Assembly: GCF_001194135.2 (NCBI RefSeq)
Contig: NC_068985.1
Location: forward strand, 436,626 to 500,625
Source: Octopus bimaculoides
Taxonomy: Eukaryota
Direction: 5' to 3'
Length of the DNA stretch: 64,000 nt
Within the stretch, counting starts at the first letter, position 1, and each line of letters starts with the position of its first letter. Shown here one piece after another: positions 54,950 through 64,000 of the stretch. Position numbers and translations under genes: made by a program. Below the pieces are notes generated by a model. The model saw nothing but the letters and a program-made list of their open reading frames with translations. It did not search any database and was not told where the DNA came from.

Positions 54950-56250
54950 ATGTTGAATATTGTTGAAATGTTCAATTGTCTTCAAGAAGACATCTCTGTT
55001 GAGTGACTCGGGATGAATTGAATCTATCCATAATAGACATTATGACAAAAATTAGTGAAAGACTGAGATATATTTTGGAAGGTAACCCTCCTAAAATGGA
55101 ATCAGGAATAGTGAAGGTATTTAGTCTTCTGAATGACTGAAATATTGGTAAACTGTAAATCTTGTGATGCTAAGGACATTGTTGAGAAGCAGCTCTTCCT
55201 TGCATCAACTAATTTTCTTGAAATGGCATCAGTGTTGTAGGAAAGTTGATGATATTGCTATGGTCATCATCAGATTGGGAATTGAAGAAATCAGAGATTT
55301 AAAGTACCCTCGCTGAGCTTCAGATAAGCTAAGGTTGCACAAATTAATGAAAACCTATGAAACTGAACTCATAACAGGAAAAATTGAAATATTTAAGAAG
55401 CTGTAACGATATTCGAGATATTAGAAACACTTTTTAGGTAAGATGATCACCAGTGGGATGAAAGTGAACTATTTAAAGAATATTTTGTCTGATTATGAAA
55501 ATCTTAAGAGTCACATTATGTAAAACAAAAGAGTTTCATGGAGTTCATTGTTGAGAAAGATCTGTAAGTTATTTAATGTTTGAACCTAGGCAACATCCAG
55601 ATCTTCTTTCATATTTACAAAAGGAACCAGTCCTAAATCTTCAAATAATATTCACATATCGATTATCAACTTAGGCAAAAAGGTTAAAAAGTTTATTGTG
55701 GGCTAAGGACCTGCTTATTGAATTGACTTCAGTATTTCACTGGGCTTATTTCATGAAATGTGGAATGGTGAAAAACAAAGCAGAATACAAAATGCAAAAT
55801 AGATATCATTAGATAATGTAATGTACGTTTGATGCTCTACTGATTTCTTCTAATCCTCCAATCTTCAAATATTTAAAACAGGGATAGCCCCACCCAGTTA
55901 CAGCAGCGGCTGAACAATCAAAGCCTTTACAGATAAAACTTAGGTGTTATGGGAATGGAAATTTAAGAATCAGCTATTCAAATGGTGTTTGGTAGAATGA
56001 AAATCATCCCAATAAAATCACATTTCAACCATTAACAACTGAGGAGGGATGATGTTAATGATGTAAAGGACAAATAGTATAATGATGAATCTCATCTGGG
56101 ATTCATCAATGTATATATTCGACCAGAAATTGGAGTGAGGATTGAATGGTCAAAGAAATGAGATGTCAAATCAATATTTTACTATCATCAACAAGAGATG
56201 ACACAAAGTAAATTGAGAAAATAAGTCTTTAATTTGAAACAGGCATTAAT
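54950..56250 (-). mobile_element. Highly degenerate retroelement-like remnant, possibly Penelope-like
   Basis: NLSLSEAQRGYFKSLISSIPNLMM weakly resembles the PLE pre-RT motif NLS.EER.ALKSL. No intact ORF. Confidence 0.25.
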
Positions 56251-56419
56251 TAGAAGAATTTTACATGAAGTAAACCATTAAATTAAGTTTAAGATTGGGA
56301 ATTAATACTAGGTCATTCAAAAAGCTGGATAAAAATTGTCAGAGAATTTTGTTGGGAAGAGAGAGAGGAAGAGGAGGAGGAGGAGGATGAGGAAAGATGG
56401 GGAGAGAGAAAGTGTGTGT

Positions 56420-56457
<38 letters not shown>

Positions 56458-56938
56458 CTTGTCAAATTCTTATTATTACTAACTACATTTATCGAAATAG
56501 CATTGTGGGAAAATATTTTATCAACACATTTATCAAATTAAGGTGTATATGTGTATGTATTTGTGTGTGCATGCATACACACCCACACATACACATGCAT
56601 ACCTACTTATACATACACAGATGTAGGTGCAAAATGGCTGAATGGTTAAGAAGTCCACTTCACAACCACGAGGATTTGGGTTTCATTTTACTGTCTGACA
56701 CCCTGGCCAAATGCTATTTCTGTAGCCTTGTACTGACCACACCTTGTGAATGTAATTGGGTTGATGGAAACTGTATAAAAGCACATCAGGTGGATTTATC
56801 TGTTGTTCAAAAGGTACAGCCTGATCACAGGTGAACAGATTTGTAGAATATTCAGCCACTTAGGTGTTAATTCAGTGGCAGGTAACTCAGTGGATTGACC
56901 AACATAGAGTCCTCATTATCAAACAATAGAGACTCAAT

Positions 56939-57014
56939 CCGTCCGTCCGTCCGTCCGTCCGTCCGTCCGTCCGTCCGTCCGTCTGTCTGTCTNNNNNNNN
57001 NNGTCCGTCCGTCC

Positions 57015-57055
<41 letters not shown>

Positions 57056-57095
57056 TCTGTTTGTTTGTCTGTCTATTTATCTATCTGTCTATCTA
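56939..57095. repeat. Compound tetranucleotide microsatellite (CCGT)n-(CTGT)n-(CTAT)n
   Basis: Read directly. Includes a 10-N gap. Confidence 0.9.
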
Positions 57096-58747
57096 TATAC
57101 ACAACTACTTCTTGAAATGCATATGTATGCCTATAAATCTTCATATGTAAATATGCATGCATTACAGCTGCTTTCTTCTATCACCTAAATACACATTTAC
57201 ATCTATCTATCTATCTATATATATATATATACATATGTGCATATTTTGTTATCTTAAGACTCCAATGTCTTTCTCTAATACATGTTATATATTCCTATTT
57301 TGTCATAAATGCTTCATTTTGACAGAATAAAATGAATGTGCTTCATCCGTACTTTGCCACAAACACATCTTTAATGCAGTGTGAGAGTACAAATATCACA
57401 ATTTAGTTTCCCTCTTACACCGTCATCTATTTTTTATCTCAATATCATTATTACTATCCTGCCTTCTATACATCTCTCTCTCTCTCTCCCTCTTTCTTTA
57501 TGTCTTTCTCTCTCTCTCTCTCTCTCTCGCTCAGTGTATATATATGTACAACCCTTCTTTCTCTCCCTTCTCTTCATTCTATACCCCTATCCTACTACCC
57601 TCTTATTCCATCTGTTCTCTTATCTTACCAGGTCTTTTTTTTCTCTATCTATTTCTACTTCTTCTCTTTTCTCTATTTAAATGCCATATCTTTATAGTTT
57701 TTTTTTTGTTGTTTTTCCTCTTTAAACACTTCAATTCTAAACTATTCCCCCACCCCATGGTCCCTATTCTCTGCTTCCTCCCATAGTTTCTCCGTCTGTC
57801 TTTCTCTATCCATCTCTCAGCTTCCGCAGCATGAAACTTGGATTTCGATATTCCTTAATGGGTTTTAAATTATAGTTAATCGATGTAGAGCAATCATATT
57901 TCGCATACTTCTTACATCTTTCTCCTGTCATCCAAATAAACAAATAAAACAATTGCAAGAGACATGGGCTACAGAAGGAACTGAGGACACCCCCCCCCCA
58001 TCATCCCAACCACCAGCAGCCCCCACCACTGACAACATCAACACCATCAGCTAACACCACAACGACCACCAACTATTTATTATAACAGGAAACAAAGCTA
58101 AATGAGAAAATGTTAATGACACACACACATTGCCTACGTCTCTACCTCTCTCCCCCCTCTCTATTTTTTTCTTTGTTTTCTATCACTCTCTTTCCATTCA
58201 CTTGTTTTTATGTTTTTCTCACTCTCCCCACCTCACTCACTCACTCTCTCTCTCTCTCTCTCTCTCTTCTCCCACTTTCCTCCTCCTTGTATTTGTGTAT
58301 GTGTGTTTGCACATGCATGCAGCCAGATGCAATGTGTGAGTGATTTATGGACAACAAATAATGAACAGATATGGAGCTGAGTCTCTTGCTAAGAGAAGCA
58401 ATAGGTTTGTTTGGTTCTTCGGTTTCAAATTTGCTCTACAAGATTTTTCATTCTAATCAACGAATTTGAAATACAACCAGCCTGAACAAATATCGGAACA
58501 TATCAACATCATCATCCGTCTTAAATATCACCCCATCATCATCATCATCATCATCAGTAGGATCAACAACAACAACAAAAGATGTAGCACTGAAAGAAAT
58601 TCGAAAATAATGATGACAGGGCATTATTATAATGACAGGGAGCCAACTCCTGAGATGTATTTATTCAACATTAGATAATGGACTCAGCACGCATGTTTCA
58701 CTTGGTGCCTTTTCTGTTTTGTTTTTTTTTTTGTTTTTCACTTGCAG

Positions 58748-58843
58748 ACAGAAACAATAAAAGACAAAGAACCATTCGATTACATTGATGTTACTGGTAA
58801 AGAGATCTTATACAACATGAAATTGAGAATCTACCAAAGCTAA
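58748..58843 (+). CDS. Candidate terminal coding exon (TETIKDKEPFDYIDVTGKEILYNMKLRIYQS*)
   Basis: Very strong pyrimidine tract ending cttgcag, then 31 protein-like codons and TAA. Not recognised as any family. Confidence 0.3.
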   Translation, partial: TETIKDKEPFDYIDVTGKEILYNMKLRIYQS

Positions 58844-59397
58844 CAGCTTGAGTGGAACTTCTTAGTGCAGTTTGCTGAAACACATTGGTTGAAGGTACTT
58901 AAAGCAGAAGAAACCTTCAATGATGTTGCAGGAAGACAACGCCGCTGACAGTTCTGTTGTCAGAGGAAGAAATAGAGAAGGAAGAACTTCTTCTGGTCGC
59001 TTAACGATGCTCCTTTTGCTGTCCTCAAAATAAGTAAATTTATAAAGTACGAAACTAAATAAAACAGAAAACAATTCAGTTTTAAACCATTTCTTGTAAT
59101 GAACTGGTTTAATAATTGTCATTTGCAAATTTGTTGCAAAGCAGGCTGCAAACTCTGGAAAATTAAATCCAATTAATAATTGAGTGACAATTTGTTGACT
59201 GTAAAGTTCATTTCTTCTGAGAAGTGTAAGTCAACATATGTGTGTATGTGTGTGTGTGTGTGTTTGTATATATACATATATATACATACATACTTATAGA
59301 TAGATAGATACATACATACATATATATAGGAAAAATAGAAATTGAAAATGCACTGAGAATAGTTCAAATATTTTTTATTAATATATTCTATTAATAT

Positions 59398-59830
59398 CAT
59401 CATCATCATCATCATCATCGTTTAACGTCCGCTTTCCATGCTAACATGGGTTGGATGATTTGACTGAGGACTGGTGAAATCCAGATGGCTACACCAGGCT
59501 CCAATCTGATTTGGCAGAGTTTCTACAGCTGGATGCCCTTCCTAACGCCAACCACTCCGAGAGTGTAGTGGGTGCTTTTACGTGCCACCGGCACAGGAGC
59601 CAGTCAGGCGGTACTGGAAATGGCCACGCTCAAAATGGTGTATTTTATGTGTCACCCGCACAAGAGCCAGTTCAGTGGCACTGGCAACGATCTCGCTCAA
59701 AAGTCCTTACATATGCCACGGGCTCAAGTGCCAGAAAGGCGACACTGGGCACAGGTGCCCTCACGATTTCGCTTTCGCTTGCCCCAACAGGTCTTCGCAA
59801 GCTGAGTTTCATGTTCAATGAAGGAGACGA
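59398..59830 (-). mobile_element. RTE 3' UTR / tail repeat
   Basis: Reverse complement of 32564-32850, with (ATC)n at 59398-59418. Confidence 0.85.
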
Positions 59831-59899
59831 CATTGGCATGAGTGCCAGTTGTCGAATTTAGTTCAATTTCAAATTTAGTTCGATATCTAAGTTATATAT

Positions 59900-60282
59900 A
59901 GAATTAAGTGTGTGACTGATCTCAATTACTGGGACCACCTTAAAGCACTGAAACTTTACTCTCTCCAGCGTTGCTGTGAGCGAAACATCATTTGCATGAT
60001 GTGGAGAATATACCACCAGCATTATTGCCCAGATGACCTCAACATTAGCTTCAAGATTCATCGAAGCCTAGGACCACTGGTCATATGTCCCCTAACCAAT
60101 TCAGGATCACAACACATAAATACACTGCAACACAATTTCTGTTCCTCAACAGGCCCTGCCTTACTTAACAGATCAAAGAGGAAAAGGACCCCATTACCTT
60201 TAAATGGAATCTGGACAAATTCCTTCAAGGAATATCAGACAAGGCACCTATACCTTCATTAGAATTTCAACATCAATAACAT
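59900..60282 (+). mobile_element. CR1-clade LINE 3' end
   Basis: DLNYWDHLKALKLYSLQRCCERNII (CR1 motif Y.ERLK.L.LYSLERRR), followed by a (TATG)n tail. Confidence 0.8.
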
Positions 60283-60680
60283 GGTATGTATGTATGTATG
60301 TATGTATGTATGTATGTATACACTCATGCATGTGTGTGTATGTATGTATGTATGTATGTGTGTATGTATGTATGTATGTATGTATGTATGTGTGTATGTA
60401 TGTATGTATGTGTGCAGATTTACATGCTTTGTTTTATGTATGTCTTCTCATGCATATACATGCATATCTAGACATATGTATGTATATATATGTATACGCA
60501 TGTGTTTGTGAAAGTACATATATGTTTGTATACATATATATTTGTATACACTTGCATATGGCATATGTTTGTATGTATACATACACACACAAACACACAT
60601 ATACATAAATATACATCTATATTCACATGTGTACGCCTATATATTCCTGCAAAAATCCACATATACAAAATATAACAAAC
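60283..60680. repeat. (TATG)n and degenerate TA/CA microsatellite
   Basis: Read directly. Confidence 0.9.
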
Positions 60681-61087
60681 ATTTATACAATGGGTTTAAC
60701 ATTCAGGTGAGAAACATACAGTCACACAGCTACACACAAATATATTTTACACGTATACACTCACCATAAACTTTGTATTCAAATGAGAACACTTTAATCA
60801 ACACAAAAATATACTAAGAATTAATGCAACAATCTTCATTTGCTTGCTGCATTAATTAATTTTGAATTCTGTTAATGCTCTACGGGCAGTTTGCAAGACA
60901 TTCAAATATTATATGTGAGAAAACCAAACACTAGCTCTCATATTGTGACAATTGCAGTTAATGTGCATAGTATTGTAGTTAATATGCATGTTAGTGAGTC
61001 AGCAGAATTTAAATACACTGCATTGTAATTTCATTGTCAATTTCAAATTTCAATATGTTGTTTGGACAGATAGATCATATACATTTA

Positions 61088-61140
<53 letters not shown>

Positions 61141-61242
61141 NNNNNNNNNNNNNNNNNNNNNNNNNNNNNNNNNNNNNNNNNNNNNNNNNNNNNNNNNNNN
61201 NNNNNNNNNNNNNNNNNNNNNNNNNNNNNNNNNNNNNNNNNN

Positions 61243-61269
<27 letters not shown>

Positions 61270-61275
<6 letters not shown>

Positions 61276-61658
61276 AAGGTTTTAGTATCCAGAAGACCCT
61301 CACTACAAGACCCCTTTGAATGAGCCGGACTTGAAATTAATGTCTCCACACTATCCGTTTGTAATAACAAAATATGAACTCCAGTCGGAATTTGCATACC
61401 AGAGTCAAGAAGCATTTCTGCCCCTTTTACACAGCACTTTCCTTGGATAAGGGAACTGCAACTGAAACATTCAACATATAGTTTTATCTTTATTCTCTTA
61501 TTTCCCTTTATAAACTTTGAACCCCATTTCCCTCTATTTAACTCCCTCATATCGTCTCTGATGAAGGGAAATCACTCGTAACCCTGAAACAGCTGTAAGA
61601 CTTTACAAATGTCCTAGAAATCTTACACTGCTTTGACTTTGTTGTCTCATTTTATTTA

Positions 61659-61660
<2 letters not shown>
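61270..61660 (+). mobile_element. Probable Penelope-like 3' end / pLTR remnant carrying the 61554 hammerhead
   Basis: The hammerhead is preceded by a pyrimidine-rich UTR-like tract and a degenerate CPFY-containing stretch reminiscent of PLE endonuclease C-termini. Assignment is by inference. Confidence 0.45.
61554..61601 (+). ncRNA. Type I minimal hammerhead ribozyme (Penelope-associated type)
   Basis: GTCT-CTGATGA-AGGG-13 nt loop-CCCT-GAAA-C-AGCT-G-TA-AGAC. Intact core, stem I GTCT/AGAC, stem II AGGG/CCCT, palindromic stem III ACAGCTGT, GUA cleavage triplet ending at 61597. Confidence 0.8.
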
Positions 61661-61691
<31 letters not shown>

Positions 61692-62093
61692 TACATATAC
61701 AATTATCGAGAGATCACAACTCTGGCACAATGGACACGTGATTGGAACGTCATAGGAAAGAATCACAAGAGAGATTCTTCAAGCTGAGCAGGAAGGTAGA
61801 ACGAAAATGAAAAGGATAATAACGAAAGTCTTAGTTGGTTATACTTAGGAAGCTGGATGGAAAGTCAAATAATGAGTTCTTCTCTTCTGAGAGGACTTAA
61901 TGGAGGAGGTGCCTGAGGAGGTTACAGCCATGACCCACCCAGGAATAGTGGCTGGAAAAAATGAAGGGATTGATGTGTCTATCTATTTAGATGTAACAGA
62001 TCGTTGTTGCCATCATCATGTCACTCCACACACACACACACACACACAATATATATATATATCATACAGAATTATTTAATTATTGAGAACAGA

Positions 62094-62560
62094 GTTAGGT
62101 TAGACAAAATGCAATTTGGCTTTGCCCTGGAGAGACATACCACTGATGCCATTTTCATAGTCAGACAATTGCAAGAGAAGTATTTAGCTCACAGAACAAA
62201 CCATTGAACTTGGCATTTGTTGATGTAGAGAAAACCTTTGATAGAGTCCCCCACTCTGTGATATGGTGATCTCTGGGGAGGATAGGGGTAGATGAATGGC
62301 TGGTGAAAGCAGTACAAGCCTTGGACAAAGATGCTGTCAATAAGGTGAGAATTAACCATGAGTACAGTAAAGAATCTGGCAGACAGGCAGGCATTCATCA
62401 GAGCTCAGTCCTCTCTTTTCCATCATAGAACTCCAGGCAAAAGAAGATGAATTCAAGACTGGAAGTCCCTCGGCACTGTTATATACTGGTGATCTTACTA
62501 TCATAGGAGATTCTGTATCAGAGCTAGAAGAGAAATTCCAGGTGTGCAAGCAAAACCTGA
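62094..62560 (+). mobile_element. RTE LINE reverse transcriptase fragment
   Basis: MQFGFALERHTTDAIFIVRQLQEKYL, AFVDVEKTFDRVP, GIHQSSVLS. Contains stops and frameshifts. Confidence 0.85.
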
Positions 62561-62870
62561 AAGTTGTGCCTGGCAAAAGCACCCATGCTGGTTCTGCATA
62601 AAAAGCACCCAGCACACTCTGTAAAGTGGTTGGCATTAAGAAAGGTATCCAGCCATAGAAACCAGGTCAAATCAGACTGGAACCTCACGGTTCTGGGTTC
62701 AGTCCCACTGCATGACACCTTGGGTAAGTGTCTTCCACTATAGCCTCGGGCCGACCAAAGCCTTGTGAGTGGATTTGGTAGACGGAAACTGAAAGAAGCC
62801 CGTTGTGCGTATATATATATATATACACACACACACCTGTATATATGGGCATATATATATATATATATAT

Positions 62871-63115
62871 GTAGTGGTTAAGATTGCGGGCTACTAACCC
62901 CAAGATTCCGAGTTTGATTCCAGGCAGTAAGTTGAATAATAATAATAATAATAATAATAACAACAATAACATCAGAAAAATACCTTAAGAATGAGAACCC
63001 AGGCTGGAAATTTCCCCAAGACACCTGATGAAGGCTGGAATGTATACCAGCTGAAATGTTGTGTTAACAACAAACAAGATGAGGAAAAATATCTGTCAAA
63101 TGTAAATAATGTATG
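62871..63115 (+). mobile_element. tRNA-derived SINE carrying a hammerhead motif
   Basis: Head GTAGTGGTTAAG (A-box part), anticodon-like GGG-CTACTAA-CCC, B-box-like GAGTTTGATTCC, then (AAT)n and a body containing the hammerhead. The body is shared with ~15040-15225. Confidence 0.7.
63021..63064 (+). ncRNA. Hammerhead ribozyme motif inside a tRNA-headed SINE
   Basis: ACAC-CTGATGA-A-GGCTGG-AATGTATA-CCAGCT-GAAA-TGTT-GTGT. Stem I ACAC/GTGT, stem II 5 Watson-Crick pairs plus 1 G-U, minimal stem III AAUGUU (probably CpG-decayed AACGUU). Confidence 0.65.
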
Positions 63116-64000
63116 TGTATATATTACATCACTTGACAACCGATGCTGGTGTGTTTACATCCTGTAACTTAGCAGTTCGGTAAAAGTAACCAATAGAATA
63201 AGTACTAGGCTTACAAAGAATAAATCCTGGGGTCGATTTGTTCAACTAAAGGTGGCACTCCAGCATGGCCGCAATCAAGTGAGTGAAACAAATAAAAGAA
63301 TAAAAGAACATATATGCACACACACACACACACACATATACACACATATATACATATACACACACATATACATATATATGACAGGCTTTCTCTACCAATT
63401 CTTCTGGAAAGGTTTTGGTCAGCCTGAAGCTATAGTAAAAGACAGTCTACCTGAGGTACCACACAGTGGGACTGAACCTGAGACCACATGACTGGAAAAC
63501 AAACTACACAGCCATACTTGCACCTAATTATATATTCTGATTTGAATTATAAAATTTTTGTTTCTAAATGTCTATTTATTTATCTTGATACCTCAAAAAC
63601 TACATTGCTAAGCATTCGTTTAGCAAGCTTGTGAGCACTTTATCAAGTTATCTATGAAACAATATATCTCACTCGCTAAACCATCCCCGAGCTGCTTCCC
63701 CAGCGAACTATTGATGCAGCTATAGCAAAACACCTCCCTTACCTTTACAAACTTTCAGTTGAGCTACCCAACTACCTTCTTCCTATTTAACTGTTTCTCC
63801 ATCCACTCTCTGTGTATCTCACCTTTAACCCATCTGTTTACCTATTTATGTATCAACTTACCTCTGTAAGAATCTAGACAGGTTAGTGGATGGTAGGGCG
63901 GGCGATAGGGGTGGTGGTTGGTGGTGGTGGTGGTGGTGGTGGTGGTTGTGGCTGTAGCATCCTTCTTTATCCAACAATCCTACCTGCTCTGTTATGAAAT

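Larger units (their letters stand above)
62686..63310 (+). mobile_element. CORE-like SINE interrupted by the hammerhead SINE
   Basis: 5' half at 62686-62810 and 3' half at ~63125-63310 are colinear with 7399-7770. The insert sits in the dinucleotide linker. Confidence 0.8.

Noticed and set aside
59464-59485. CTGAGGA-CTGGT-GAAA in the RTE tail
   Set aside because: The spacer cannot form stem II and there is no stem I. A chance match.
63895-63960. G-rich (GGT)n tract as a G-quadruplex
   Set aside because: An ordinary trinucleotide microsatellite at the window edge, with no contextual support for function.
1-64000. CRISPR array, operon or prokaryotic defence system
   Set aside because: No repeat-spacer periodicity and no long intact ORFs. 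The sequence is eukaryotic repeat-rich DNA.

Overview
AT-rich eukaryotic scaffold segment, not prokaryotic: no operons, CRISPR array or rRNA are visible. It is dense in microsatellites, has 7 N-gaps, and is dominated by transposon debris. The SINE and LINE families match my recollection of Octopus repeats, so a cephalopod origin is an inference, not a database result. Supportable content: tRNA-headed SINEs (a CORE-like family and a second family), RTE LINE fragments and their (GAT)n-ending 3' tails, two R4/Dong-type LINE fragments, a CR1 3' end, Penelope-like remnants, a full-length dead mariner with TIRs and TA TSD, an internally deleted Tc1/mariner element and a hAT remnant. No host gene could be named; only low-confidence candidate exons were found. 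The most interesting signal is RNA-level and invisible in the ORF track: four type-I hammerhead ribozyme motifs from three different repeat families, all with the tiny self-complementary stem III typical of Penelope-associated, dimer-cleaving hammerheads. One family places the hammerhead downstream of a tRNA-derived Pol III head, suggesting a ribozyme-carrying SINE possibly mobilised by Penelope-like elements. Repeat boundaries are approximate unless TIR/TSD positions are given.
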